Shown in pieces: positions 28,569 through 38,108 of a DNA stretch of 64,000 nt. The DNA lies in assembly GCA_947501695.1 (NCBI GenBank), contig CANMWO010000002.1:573327-637326 (forward strand), read 5' to 3'. Source of the stretch: an uncultured Sphingomonadaceae bacterium. Its GTDB lineage: Bacteria > Pseudomonadota > Alphaproteobacteria > Sphingomonadales > Sphingomonadaceae. Below the pieces are notes generated by a model. It was not told the origin of the DNA. It searched no databases and saw only the letters and a program-made list of their open reading frames with translations. Numbering within the stretch: position 1 is the stretch's first letter; every line of letters starts with the position of its first letter. A program made the translations under genes and the position numbers.

Positions 28569-29467
28569 CCGATTTCAATCAGTTCCAACAGTTCACCAGC
28601 CGGACCATAAGCAGTCGCCGTTCGACGATCCCGATAAAGCGCCCCTGATCGGATCACAGGTGGAGCGATCCAGTCAATCTGGATCGCATCCAGATTGGAG
28701 ACGGCCAGCGTCACGAGCGCATTTCCAGGTGGCAACATTCCGGCATGCTTTGGTCGCAGCGTTGCTTCTTCGGGATAATCATCCACTTCAACAATCGGCA
28801 AGCGTTCGATCTGGACCATGGTCAAATCAGACACTGTTCCTGCCGGCTTTCCGAACGCTTCATTGATCATGGTATATTCCAACGTATAGGTATCGCCTTC
28901 TGTCAAATGAAGCTGATCGCGATACCAGTTCACGGTTTGCACGCGGTCCTGAGCCGCTAAAATGACGATGAATATGTGATCTGTCAGCGACCGCGCTTTG
29001 GGCAGATCTGTTGTTGGTGTATCCTCCCGCACCTCATTTAGGTAAATCATTTCGCGACCGGGGCCGAGTGCCTGCATCGGCACAAAATAGGGTAGAATAT
29101 CAATTTCCTTGGGCGGCCCGATAATATCAAAGCTACTGCCTTCCAAGCGCCCGGGCCAACCGAAGACATCTTCAACCGTTAATTCATAGGCCGCCCAGCC
29201 ATAAGTTGTGGTCGGTTTAAAATCGGGATGGGCAGGCTGCTCGACAAGGCGGATGAAGCAATCAGCGCCGCTAGTCGGCTGCAAGACGGCCATCGGTGCT
29301 CCGGCTATCTTTGGACAGTCCCAGCTTTGCGCCAGATCTTCGGTCAATGTGCCACTTTCCACAAGCTGCATGCCCAGCACATCATGATAATCTTTCAGAG
29401 CCACTTCCAGATTCGGGACAGTGACAACACCGCCCAATATCGAACCATGTTGCAAAGCATGTGTCAT
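28565..29467 (-). CDS. two-domain VOC family protein
   Basis: Two repeats (VVTVPNLEVALKDYHDVLG / IVILAAQDRVQTVNWYRDQL), end GPAGELLELIE. Confidence 0.72.
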   Translation of the reverse strand: MTHALQHGSILGGVVTVPNLEVALKDYHDVLGMQLVESGTLTEDLAQSWDCPKIAGAPMAVLQPTSGADCFIRLVEQPAHPDFKPTTTYGWAAYELTVEDVFGWPGRLEGSSFDIIGPPKEIDILPYFVPMQALGPGREMIYLNEVREDTPTTDLPKARSLTDHIFIVILAAQDRVQTVNWYRDQLHLTEGDTYTLEYTMINEAFGKPAGTVSDLTMVQIERLPIVEVDDYPEEATLRPKHAGMLPPGNALVTLAVSNLDAIQIDWIAPPVIRSGALYRDRRTATAYGPAGELLELIEIG

Positions 29468-29468
29468 G

Positions 29469-30233
29469 TCAAAACTCCGGTTTTCTCTTTTCCATGAAAG
29501 CGCTCACGCCCTCTTTGAAATCATCGCTTTCAAAAGCAGAGTCAAACAACCGCTCCGTCTCCGCATCATCATCGGCTTGCCCGTCCAATATCCGTTTGAT
29601 GATGGATTTGCTCATGGTCTGGCTGTGCGAAGAAACCGACGCCATAGTGTTCGCTAACGCTTCAGCCTCGCTATAGGGATCATCAACCAGCAAGGTAATC
29701 AAGCCGATATCCAAGGCTTCCTGTGCTGACAGCAATTGCCCGGTGAATAATATCCGCTTCGCTTGCGATGGTCCGACCAGATCGACGAGCAATTTGGTAT
29801 CGTGCAATGGATAGACCAGCCCCAGTTTGGAAGGCGTAATTCCGAAACGTGCTTTCGGACCAGCCACACGCATGTCGCAGGCCAGCGCTATGCCGCAACC
29901 ACCGCCGACACAATCACCATCGATGATCGCGATAGTCGGCTTGGGTGCCTGCGCTAGCTCATGCTGTACCTTACCAATGGCCGCCTGATTTTTGGCCCGC
30001 CATTCAGGATCGGTAGAGCCAGTTGCAAATTCACCAATATCGGCACCGGCACAAAAGGCGCTGTCCTTTCGGCTTGCATGCAAGGTCAACACGCGGATCG
30101 CATCGTCGGCCATTGCATCAGCCAGCAATTCGGGCAGCAGTTCCCACATCGCTTGATTAAACGCATTGCGCTTTTCCGGCCGGTCAATGATCAGATGTGC
30201 GACCTTGCCCTCTTTTTCGAGCCGCAATGTCAT
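29469..30233 (-). CDS. enoyl-CoA hydratase/isomerase (crotonase)
   Basis: RPEKRNAF, FCAGADIGEF, IDGDCVGGGCGIALACDMR, FGITPSKLGL, EGVSAFMEKRKPEF. Confidence 0.93.
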   Translation of the reverse strand: MTLRLEKEGKVAHLIIDRPEKRNAFNQAMWELLPELLADAMADDAIRVLTLHASRKDSAFCAGADIGEFATGSTDPEWRAKNQAAIGKVQHELAQAPKPTIAIIDGDCVGGGCGIALACDMRVAGPKARFGITPSKLGLVYPLHDTKLLVDLVGPSQAKRILFTGQLLSAQEALDIGLITLLVDDPYSEAEALANTMASVSSHSQTMSKSIIKRILDGQADDDAETERLFDSAFESDDFKEGVSAFMEKRKPEF

Positions 30234-31096
30234 GCAGGATCAACCTTCGCCAGATGCTGTGCAATCTGATGCCGGGTGGTCACCCAGACATGTTTTTTCG
30301 ACCGCACATGTTTCAGAAATTCTTCGAACGCCCAAATCCGGCCCGGACGACCAATGATGCGTAGATGCAGGCCGAGCGACATCATCTTGGGATTGCCTTC
30401 TTCGCCTTCGCGATAGACTTGATCAAAATTGCGCTTGGCATAATCCAGCCATTGCTGCGGTGTCATTGCCGGGTCGGTCCACATTTTCATATCATTGCTA
30501 TCGAGCTGATAGGGCACAATCGCAATCGGTTTTTCCGGAACCGTCTCCTTGTCCCAGAACGGAATATCGCCCGAATAATCATCCATATGATAGGCGAAGC
30601 CCTCTTCGATCAACAGGCGGCGGGTATTATCGGTATGGAAATAGCGCGACAACCATCCATAGGGCCGCGTGCCCGTGGTTTTCTCAATCGATGAAACAGC
30701 CTTGCGAATGAAATCGCGTTCCTTTTCCTCATCCATCTTGAACTGATGCACCCAGCGATAGCCATGGCTTACTGGTTCATGGCCCATGTCGGCGATAGCC
30801 TCGGCAATCTCGGGATGATTTTCCAGACTCATCGCGGCGACGGTCCAGCTGGCCATAATCTCATATTCTTTCAGTAGCTTAACGATGCGCGGCGCACCCG
30901 CCTTGATACCATAGAGATAGTTGCTCTCATTGCCATAATTGCGGATCGGCGATTTAATGTGGATGCCCAGCTCATCAACCGGTTCCATTCCGCGATCGCC
31001 GCGCGCAATCGTCATTTCACTGCCTTCTTCAACATTGACGACAATGCTCAGCGCCATTTTCGCATCGTCTGGCCAGTCCATCCGTTCTTCGATCAA
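30230..31096 (-). CDS. PuuE/allantoinase-like polysaccharide-deacetylase-fold amidohydrolase
   Basis: VVNVEEGSE, ESNYLYGIKAG, SHGYRW, RPYGWLSR, MMSLGLHLRIIGRPGR. Confidence 0.88.
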   Translation of the reverse strand: MIEERMDWPDDAKMALSIVVNVEEGSEMTIARGDRGMEPVDELGIHIKSPIRNYGNESNYLYGIKAGAPRIVKLLKEYEIMASWTVAAMSLENHPEIAEAIADMGHEPVSHGYRWVHQFKMDEEKERDFIRKAVSSIEKTTGTRPYGWLSRYFHTDNTRRLLIEEGFAYHMDDYSGDIPFWDKETVPEKPIAIVPYQLDSNDMKMWTDPAMTPQQWLDYAKRNFDQVYREGEEGNPKMMSLGLHLRIIGRPGRIWAFEEFLKHVRSKKHVWVTTRHQIAQHLAKVDPA

Positions 31097-31896
31097 TGCA
31101 TTTCCTCCCCGCCGGAAACGTTAAGCGCCTCTCCTGTAACATAAAAGGCATCGTCGCTAGCCAACCATGCACAGGCAGCTGCCGTATCCGATGGCAAACC
31201 GGGCCGCCCCATCGGATTTTTCGTGCTCATGTTAGCGAGATAGGCTTCGACATTTTCAAAACCGAGCAGCTTGGAAAAATATTCATTCTGCTGGGCGCCA
31301 AGACCGGTGGTCACATGATTGGGGCAAACTGCGTTGACCGTAATGCCGTGCGTACCAAGCTCCACTGCGCTGGCCCGGGTAAGGCCCACCATGCCATGTT
31401 TGGAACTCACATAAGCGGGCAGATGCGGGAAGCCGGTTTTTGCGGCTTGTGATGCAATGTTGATGATGCGGCCACCATTGCCTGCTGCAACCATCGCTTT
31501 GGCAGCCGCCTGGGTACAGTAAAACGCGCCGGATAGATTCACACCGATGACCTGATCCCATTCCTTGGCTGTATCGACCTCAAGCAGCGGCTTCATCATA
31601 AAACCGATACCGGCATTGTTGACGAAAATATCAACCGCACCAAAGGCATCCACGCTTTGATCGACCAAGGCCTGACATTGCACCGCATTACTGACATCAC
31701 AGGCGATGGTCGCGACTTTGGCGCCACGCCCACGTAATTCTTCAGCGACCCCTTCTTCCTGATCGCCGATGGCAAGGTCTGAGACGACACAATTGGCGCC
31801 TTCATCAGCAAAGCGTTGCAATATGCCTTGTCCCAGCCCCTTTTCCTTTCCGGAACCGGTAACGACGATCGTCTTTCCTGCAAATTTCCCGGACAT
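31093..31896 (-). CDS. short-chain dehydrogenase/reductase
   Basis: TGSGKEKGLG, FVNNAG, IASQA, YVSSK, VNAVCP. Confidence 0.92.
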   Translation of the reverse strand: MSGKFAGKTIVVTGSGKEKGLGQGILQRFADEGANCVVSDLAIGDQEEGVAEELRGRGAKVATIACDVSNAVQCQALVDQSVDAFGAVDIFVNNAGIGFMMKPLLEVDTAKEWDQVIGVNLSGAFYCTQAAAKAMVAAGNGGRIINIASQAAKTGFPHLPAYVSSKHGMVGLTRASAVELGTHGITVNAVCPNHVTTGLGAQQNEYFSKLLGFENVEAYLANMSTKNPMGRPGLPSDTAAACAWLASDDAFYVTGEALNVSGGEEMH

Positions 31897-32204
31897 TAGA
31901 GATCTTCTGTAAGTATGAATTGTGGGCCGTCGGCATAGTCCTGGAAAGGTGCCGCCATCGCTTGAAATTCTGGGTCCGACACATCGGTGACAAATTCATC
32001 CATGCCGGTAATATCGATAATCTCGAAATATTCGTAAGGCGACGGATCATCCGAACCGAACAGGCCGGTTGCTTTGTGGACGGTGAAAGACGTGACCGAA
32101 CTCAGCGCGCTGGCTGCGGGAATATCGCGTGTTTTCGCCCACTCCTCATATTCACCGATATCGACGCCTTCTTTCAGGTTAAACAAAACAATGATGCGCA
32201 TCAT
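31896..32204 (-). CDS. RedY/PigK/HapK-like (EthD-type dimeric alpha+beta barrel) protein
   Basis: IIVLFNLKEGVD..EYEEWAKTRDIP...L.SV..F.V......PYEYFEIIDI resembles the REDY-like HapK family from memory; needs HMM confirmation. Confidence 0.68.
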   Translation of the reverse strand: MMRIIVLFNLKEGVDIGEYEEWAKTRDIPAASALSSVTSFTVHKATGLFGSDDPSPYEYFEIIDITGMDEFVTDVSDPEFQAMAAPFQDYADGPQFILTEDL

Positions 32205-33412
32205 CTCTCTCCTCTATATGTTTCCAAAAAAACTTCTGGCACGCGATAGGCGGACAGCTTTTCGTCCAGCTCTCGCGCTAGTGCAAATAGCCCCAGTTCA
32301 TTACCTGCAGCGCCGATGAGCTGCATGCCAACCGGCAAGCCATCGCTTGACCAACCTGCGGGGATACTGATCGCGGGTAATCCGGCGATATTGGCTAAGC
32401 AAGTAAAGTCGGCCTGATTGGCTGGTGCCTTATCGTCATGGCTGAATGCGACTTGCGGCGCGGTAGGTAGCAAAATCGCGCCATGTTGCTCCACTACCGC
32501 CCTGATAGCATCGGTTGTTTCGGCGAGAGTTTTCTGGTCTTCCGCTAAGTCAGCAGCACTGCGTTCCGTGCCAAAGGTCAGCAGAAACTTGAGATGGTCA
32601 GACAGGCCGTCAGGGTTATTTTTCAGTACATCTGCCAGTTCTTGGGACAGGCCCAGCGAGGACAGGATAAACCCGGCAAAACGGATGCGGGTCAGCGGGT
32701 GCGGCAAGGTAAACTTCTGTTTGGCTCCAACGGCCTCCCGAGCCCTTTCGTAGCCTTCAAGCACAGCGGGCTCACAGTCCACGCCGCCAAGATTTTCTAA
32801 TAATGCTATATTTTCAATGACTTGCGGATCAGCGAGATTCATCAATACCCGCGAAACCGTCTCCAAGTCCTCCAGTGATCGCGCCAGCGGACCGATGCTG
32901 TCGAGCGATGAATCCACAATCTCAAGTCCATCCTGACTGATCGCACCGGCGGTCGGTTTCAGACCATAGATGCCGCAATAGGCCGCCGGAATCCGCACCG
33001 ATCCCATCGTGTCCGTACCCAATGCAGCATCGCAAAGTCCTGCCGCCACCGCAGCACCGCTGCCACCCGAAGAACCACCCGGCGTATAACTGATCTTGTG
33101 CGGATTATGGGTCGCACCGAAAAACGGATTGTCCGTCTTGGCACCAAGCGCCGCTTCTTCCATGTTGAGCGTGCCGATTATCGCAGCGCCAGCCGCGCGC
33201 AGTTTCGCAACAGCTTCGGCGTCCTTACCGGCGATGCGATCCTTGTAAGCCTTCAAGCCGCCAGTCCAGGGCAATCCCTCAACCGCAATATTGGCTTTGA
33301 TGCCAATAGTCAGATTACTCAGCGGCCCGTCACCAAGCCGCGCATCCCGATCGAAATCGGTAAAGGCATTTAGCGCAGCATTAGCACTTTCAAGATCATC
33401 CCAATGGAGCAT
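32201..33412 (-). CDS. amidase (amidase-signature family)
   Basis: IGIKANI, TPGGSSGGSGAAVA, GTDTMGSVRIPAAYCG (Lys-cisSer-Ser triad). Confidence 0.92.
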   Translation of the reverse strand: MLHWDDLESANAALNAFTDFDRDARLGDGPLSNLTIGIKANIAVEGLPWTGGLKAYKDRIAGKDAEAVAKLRAAGAAIIGTLNMEEAALGAKTDNPFFGATHNPHKISYTPGGSSGGSGAAVAAGLCDAALGTDTMGSVRIPAAYCGIYGLKPTAGAISQDGLEIVDSSLDSIGPLARSLEDLETVSRVLMNLADPQVIENIALLENLGGVDCEPAVLEGYERAREAVGAKQKFTLPHPLTRIRFAGFILSSLGLSQELADVLKNNPDGLSDHLKFLLTFGTERSAADLAEDQKTLAETTDAIRAVVEQHGAILLPTAPQVAFSHDDKAPANQADFTCLANIAGLPAISIPAGWSSDGLPVGMQLIGAAGNELGLFALARELDEKLSAYRVPEVFLETYRGER

Positions 33413-33420
33413 CGATCAGA

Positions 33421-34782
33421 TCATAGCCCCCGCTCGTCAATCAGGCGAATCGGCTTTTGCCTTGTATCAATTTGCGTAGCCTTGGCCGTAGCACCAACAT
33501 CGACAAGTTGCACAGCTACCTCAATGCCCAATCCCTTGCGCAACAGATCAACGGTTTGTGCATGATTGCTATCGCCGCGACTTTCCAATGTCACATGCAT
33601 GTCATCTCGTCCGGCGGCGTCTCGCGTCACGCGGCAGACATATTCACCTGTCAGATCATCCCGCCCTTCAATGATCGCACCAATAGCGTGAGGAAAAATG
33701 TTGATACCGCGCAGCTTGACCATATTATCGCTGCGGCCCTTGAAACCGGTAATCCGCTTGAACACCATCCCGGTGGCATTGCTGTCGGTGCGTTCCTCGG
33801 TAATATCATGGGTGTTGAACCGGATACAGGGCGCGATGTCGTCCTTAAACAGGCATGTAACGACCATGTCACCCGTTTCGCCAGGTGCTACTGGCGCGCC
33901 GGTATCGACATTCAACAATTCCAGATATTGTGCATCTTCCCAAACATACATGCCGTCGCGTTCCGGTCCCTCTCCGGCGATGCTGCCGGTGTCACCGACG
34001 CCGTACCAATCAAAAGCTTTGGCCCCCTGCCAAGCCGCTTCGGTTGAGGCACGATCTTCGGTCCCCAGATGACCGATGATCATTTTCAAATTGATCCGGT
34101 CAAACAATTCTTCTGCTGCCGCGACATCTCCCAATTTGCGGATATAGTCGACAAAACCAACCATGCAGGTAACTTTGAAATCGGCCATCAGATTGACCTG
34201 GTTGATCGACCGAGTTTCTATCCCTGTACCTGCGCTCAAGAACAGGGCGTTAGTAAAGTGGGTCACGGCCTCGCGAATGTAATGCCCGCCGTTGATCATC
34301 CCGTGGCCATATACCGACTGCACGACATCATCCCGGCCCAACCCCATCCAGCGATACATCCGCCCGACTAGCAGATTGGTAATTTCTCTGCCCTTGGGGC
34401 CAAACATCAAGGGTTGCGGTCGCCCAGTCGTCCCCGAAGTAGTATGGAAAACCACCGGTTCGTCGCCGCGACCATCAAAATCACCATAAGGTGGAAATTC
34501 ATTGACCGAGGCCATCAAATCGCTCTTGTCATAAACAGGAAGCTTAATAATGTCGGCCAAGCTCGCAATGTCACCAGCTTCAACACCCTGATTTCCCCAC
34601 AGGCGTTGATAGAAAGGAATCTCCCAACCACGCTTCATGAGTTTCAGGAACCGCTTTTCCTGCAAAGCATGAAGCTCGTCTCGCGACATGCCGACATATC
34701 GGTTCGTAAAGGCTTCACCGATCGGATAATCTGCCAGCATCTGTTTGGCATCAAAGGCTTCGAAATAAGTTGGGAAGGTCAT
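33421..34782 (-). CDS. phenylacetate--CoA ligase-like (PaaK-family) adenylate-forming enzyme
   Basis: LPVYDKSDL, HTTSGTTGRP, WYGVGD, GRSDNMVKLRGINIFP. Confidence 0.87.
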   Translation of the reverse strand: MTFPTYFEAFDAKQMLADYPIGEAFTNRYVGMSRDELHALQEKRFLKLMKRGWEIPFYQRLWGNQGVEAGDIASLADIIKLPVYDKSDLMASVNEFPPYGDFDGRGDEPVVFHTTSGTTGRPQPLMFGPKGREITNLLVGRMYRWMGLGRDDVVQSVYGHGMINGGHYIREAVTHFTNALFLSAGTGIETRSINQVNLMADFKVTCMVGFVDYIRKLGDVAAAEELFDRINLKMIIGHLGTEDRASTEAAWQGAKAFDWYGVGDTGSIAGEGPERDGMYVWEDAQYLELLNVDTGAPVAPGETGDMVVTCLFKDDIAPCIRFNTHDITEERTDSNATGMVFKRITGFKGRSDNMVKLRGINIFPHAIGAIIEGRDDLTGEYVCRVTRDAAGRDDMHVTLESRGDSNHAQTVDLLRKGLGIEVAVQLVDVGATAKATQIDTRQKPIRLIDERGL

Positions 34783-36086
34783 CGGGGCTCCGTCGCATAG
34801 GCTAAAGGATCGTCAAATATTCTGTTGTCGCAATCGTTACTGGCAAGATTGCGAGCAAGATCACATTTGGCTTTGGTCTGGGCATCGGACATTGGCGCGG
34901 TAGGGCTGCCAAGATTGTCTGTGATTACGCGCTTAACCTGCGTGCCATCGGAAAGAGTGATGTTCAGTTGCTGGGGCGCCAAAGCATTGTGATCAGAATT
35001 ATCATCAATCCGAACAGTCACTTTCCCGCCAAGCCCCGCCAATGCCGGATTGGCAAATTCGGCTGCCGTGAAACAGCGCGGATCGATCATCCGATCCCGT
35101 AGCATCAATGGCACAAGAAAGGGCAGGCATAGCCGCGCATAGCTTGGTGTCATATCCGTCTTATAGGGCCGCCCAACGAGTCGGTGGATCAACGGTGGCG
35201 CAGCGACATCGACCGATTGCACCATTGCCGGATCAAGAGATCCATCGCGGAGCATGTTATCAATAACGCCCAATATTCCATGGCTGGCCCGCCCGGATGG
35301 GAAAGGCTTTATACTGACGTCTTCAATCAGCCATTTGGCGCCAACATTCTTAGTATAGAGAGAAATATCGCCGGGCTCGAACAGTTTAAAATAACCATAT
35401 GGCCCTTCTAGCGCATCATGCGGTCCATTCATGCCTGCTTTGGCGAGATCGACTGCGGTAATCGCGGCCCGGGACGCACTGGCAATTTGCAGAGGCAAGG
35501 CAATTGATGCCTCTATATGGGCCTGCATCGTACCGGCAGCCTGGGAATAAGCGAGACCCAGGACATCAGCGAAGCGTTCGGCAGGCAGGCTTTCAAGCCG
35601 CGCCACCGCTAAAGCCGCACCGATAATGCCTGCCGTAGCTGGGCGGAAAAACTGCATGCCGCCAGTCGCCGCAACACCCATACCGCTTGCGATATCAACG
35701 CCTACGGCCAGCGCAGTTAGCAACTGCTCCGAGTCACATCCACCCATGCGATCTGCGCTTGCGAGCAAGGCCGCAGTAACAACGGACATAGCATGAACCA
35801 CCGCCGGTTCATGCACAGCATCCCATTCGAGGCAATGGATTGCAAAGCCATTAAACCAGGCTGCTGAGGGCGTTGGCATGCGGTCTTCCGAACCCAGTAA
35901 TCTTGCATCAGCACCTATACCCCACCCCTTCAGCGCGGGCATCATGGATTGCCCTGCAGCGGAAGCGGCACCCGAAGCGCCTATAGCTAGGGTGTCTCCG
36001 AGCAGATGGAGAGTTCCAGCTTTTGTGCTTGCGGGCAAGACATGATCTACCGCAGCAAAATCTAGGATTTGTCGTGTCGCGGTCAT
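34779..36086 (-). CDS. MmgE/PrpD family protein
   Basis: NGFAIHCLEWDAVH...HAMS, KPFPSGRASH, DNLGSPTAPM. Confidence 0.88.
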   Translation of the reverse strand: MTATRQILDFAAVDHVLPASTKAGTLHLLGDTLAIGASGAASAAGQSMMPALKGWGIGADARLLGSEDRMPTPSAAWFNGFAIHCLEWDAVHEPAVVHAMSVVTAALLASADRMGGCDSEQLLTALAVGVDIASGMGVAATGGMQFFRPATAGIIGAALAVARLESLPAERFADVLGLAYSQAAGTMQAHIEASIALPLQIASASRAAITAVDLAKAGMNGPHDALEGPYGYFKLFEPGDISLYTKNVGAKWLIEDVSIKPFPSGRASHGILGVIDNMLRDGSLDPAMVQSVDVAAPPLIHRLVGRPYKTDMTPSYARLCLPFLVPLMLRDRMIDPRCFTAAEFANPALAGLGGKVTVRIDDNSDHNALAPQQLNITLSDGTQVKRVITDNLGSPTAPMSDAQTKAKCDLARNLASNDCDNRIFDDPLAYATEPR

Positions 36087-37312
36087 GACAGCCAGTCTTG
36101 CAGCATCTGGTGAATTTCGTGCGGATTATCGGTTTTAAGCGCCAGATCAATAGCGCGGTCCGCTTCTTTTTCCGACAGTCCGCCCCAGGCAACAAGCGCG
36201 CGAGTCTTATTGATCATGCCTTCGTAAGACAAAGGTCGTTCTGGATCTCCGAGCGTATCGACCAGTTCGATGCTTTCACCGCCTCCGCTAACCCGCGCGC
36301 CATAATGATCTGGGTATCGTGCGGTGATATCGCTCGCTTCCGAAACTTTGATACGGCTGCGTGCTTTGGCGAGCGCAGCGATCGCTTCTGGTTCAAAATC
36401 TGCTAGCTGTGGGACGCCGCGTTCGGCGACGATGGCCAAAGCGTGCTGGATCGAGAATTTTGCATCAATGACGGATAGCGGATCAGGTCGGTCACAAAAA
36501 CTGATCGCATCGGCATAGGTTTCAACATAAATATCGCCATCGAGCACTTGTAGCTTAGCTTTAAGTTTCAACGCGGCATCGATAGCTGGATGGGCGTGAC
36601 GGCATGCCCCCCATGGCTTGAAGCTGACTTCATGGATACGCCATTGATCCGGGAAGGTCATCGGTTTTGGGCTTTCACAAGTTGCAGCGTAAAGTCCTTG
36701 CGGCCCTTCGAGTATAAACCTAGGGCCTATAGCCCCATCTTCCGCTGCCATTCCGGCTTCGACCCCACTCATATGGGCGTGCGATATATGCCATTGCTTG
36801 GCATCCGAATGCTCATGTCGCATCTGCCACAATCCGCCTGCAATACTGCCTACGAGCCCCATGGCGTTGACCATGACCTGCTGATCCAATCCCTCGTCTC
36901 CCATAGAGACGATGGCTGCACCAAACGCCCCGGCCGTCGCGGTATTGTGATAAAAGGAATAATGCCGGTCATCGAAGGTTGACCCAATTGCTATGATTGC
37001 TTCATATCCACGGACGGCTGCATCAAGGAACGAATTCATCGTTCCCGCAGGACTTTCAAGCGCCGGCCAAATGACTGGGCCGGGGTGCAGGATTGAGCTT
37101 CGGTGCACATCATCCATCTCTAGGACATTGCCCAGCCATGCAGACCGGCTGCTGAAATCTCCCAGCTTCTTTTTCGCCTGTCCTGAATTGTGCGCTCCAG
37201 CCACACAGCCAAGCCAATCGAGCAAATGCAGTCTTGCCCGTTGCCGGGTCGCCTCATCAACGGGTCGCATCAAATGTACGGACAATTTCTCGGTCAGGCT
37301 CTCTTGCGTCAT
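36083..37312 (-). CDS. MmgE/PrpD family protein (second, tandem)
   Basis: ARLHLLDWLGC, LEMDDVH...HPGPVIWP, FKPWGACRHAHPAID, AKFSIQ, LGDPERPLS. Confidence 0.88.
   Translation of the reverse strand: MTQESLTEKLSVHLMRPVDEATRQRARLHLLDWLGCVAGAHNSGQAKKKLGDFSSRSAWLGNVLEMDDVHRSSILHPGPVIWPALESPAGTMNSFLDAAVRGYEAIIAIGSTFDDRHYSFYHNTATAGAFGAAIVSMGDEGLDQQVMVNAMGLVGSIAGGLWQMRHEHSDAKQWHISHAHMSGVEAGMAAEDGAIGPRFILEGPQGLYAATCESPKPMTFPDQWRIHEVSFKPWGACRHAHPAIDAALKLKAKLQVLDGDIYVETYADAISFCDRPDPLSVIDAKFSIQHALAIVAERGVPQLADFEPEAIAALAKARSRIKVSEASDITARYPDHYGARVSGGGESIELVDTLGDPERPLSYEGMINKTRALVAWGGLSEKEADRAIDLALKTDNPHEIHQMLQDWLS
37274..37285. promoter_or_regulatory. degenerate operator (ATGTACGGACAA), possible autoregulatory site of gntR
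   Basis: 2 mismatches to consensus; lies inside the 5' end of the divergent MmgE/PrpD gene, 53 bp upstream of the gntR ATG. Confidence 0.45.
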
Positions 37313-37338
37313 CGCCGCACCCGTCCTAAGACTGAGCT

Positions 37339-38100
37339 ATGTCTGGGAGAGAAAATTTGGCCACCAAAAGCTCGGCGAAGAAAAAGCCTCGCTATCTGGA
37401 ATTGGCCGATGAACTGCGTGAAGCAGTTTTGCGCGGTGACTATTCCGATCCTGGCGATTTCCCAACCGAATCCGTCTTGTGCAAAAAATACGATGTGAGC
37501 CGTTTCACCGTCAGAGAGGCTTTGCGCAAACTGACAGCAGAGGGTCTGATCACCCGTAAACGTGGTTCGGGAACGGTGGTTCAGCCAGCAACCGCTCGCG
37601 CCGGTGCGCTGCATCAACCGCTCAGCAATGTCGGTGAGATTTTGCAGTATGCGCATGACACTACGATCAGCTTTGAACCAGGAAAACCTGGCGCGATTCC
37701 TCACGATGTCGCTGAACAGATTGATACCAAAGCCAAAGGTGATTGGTTTACTTTTCGCGGCAAGCGCACAAAGCTCGGTCGCAAGCGGCCGATTGCTGTG
37801 ACCGAAGCATGGGTTCATCCGGAGCTGGCGGACGCGGTCGCACAGATTGATATCAACGCCAAAACCCTTTTTGGGCAGATCGAAACTTTGGGGCAAGTCA
37901 GTGTGACTCGAGTGACGCAGGATATTCAAGCGATCAAGGGCACGAAAAAGATATTGGCGGACCTCGGCTTGGAAAAGGGCGATCCTGTGCTGCGTATCTT
38001 GCGCTGCTATTTTGACGAAACCGACCGGATGTTTGAGATTTCGGCGAGCTATCATCCCGGCGAACGCTTTGCCTATTCGATGCATATCGAGGTCGATTAG
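37339..38100 (+). CDS. GntR family regulator, HutC subfamily (wHTH + UTRA)
   Basis: PRYLELADELRE...FPTESVLCKKYDVSRFTVREAL...RKRGSGTVV; UTRA-type C-terminus (VTQDIQA, PVLRILRCYF, SYHPGERF). Confidence 0.92.
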   Translation: MSGRENLATKSSAKKKPRYLELADELREAVLRGDYSDPGDFPTESVLCKKYDVSRFTVREALRKLTAEGLITRKRGSGTVVQPATARAGALHQPLSNVGEILQYAHDTTISFEPGKPGAIPHDVAEQIDTKAKGDWFTFRGKRTKLGRKRPIAVTEAWVHPELADAVAQIDINAKTLFGQIETLGQVSVTRVTQDIQAIKGTKKILADLGLEKGDPVLRILRCYFDETDRMFEISASYHPGERFAYSMHIEVD

Positions 38101-38108
38101 AGCCCGCT

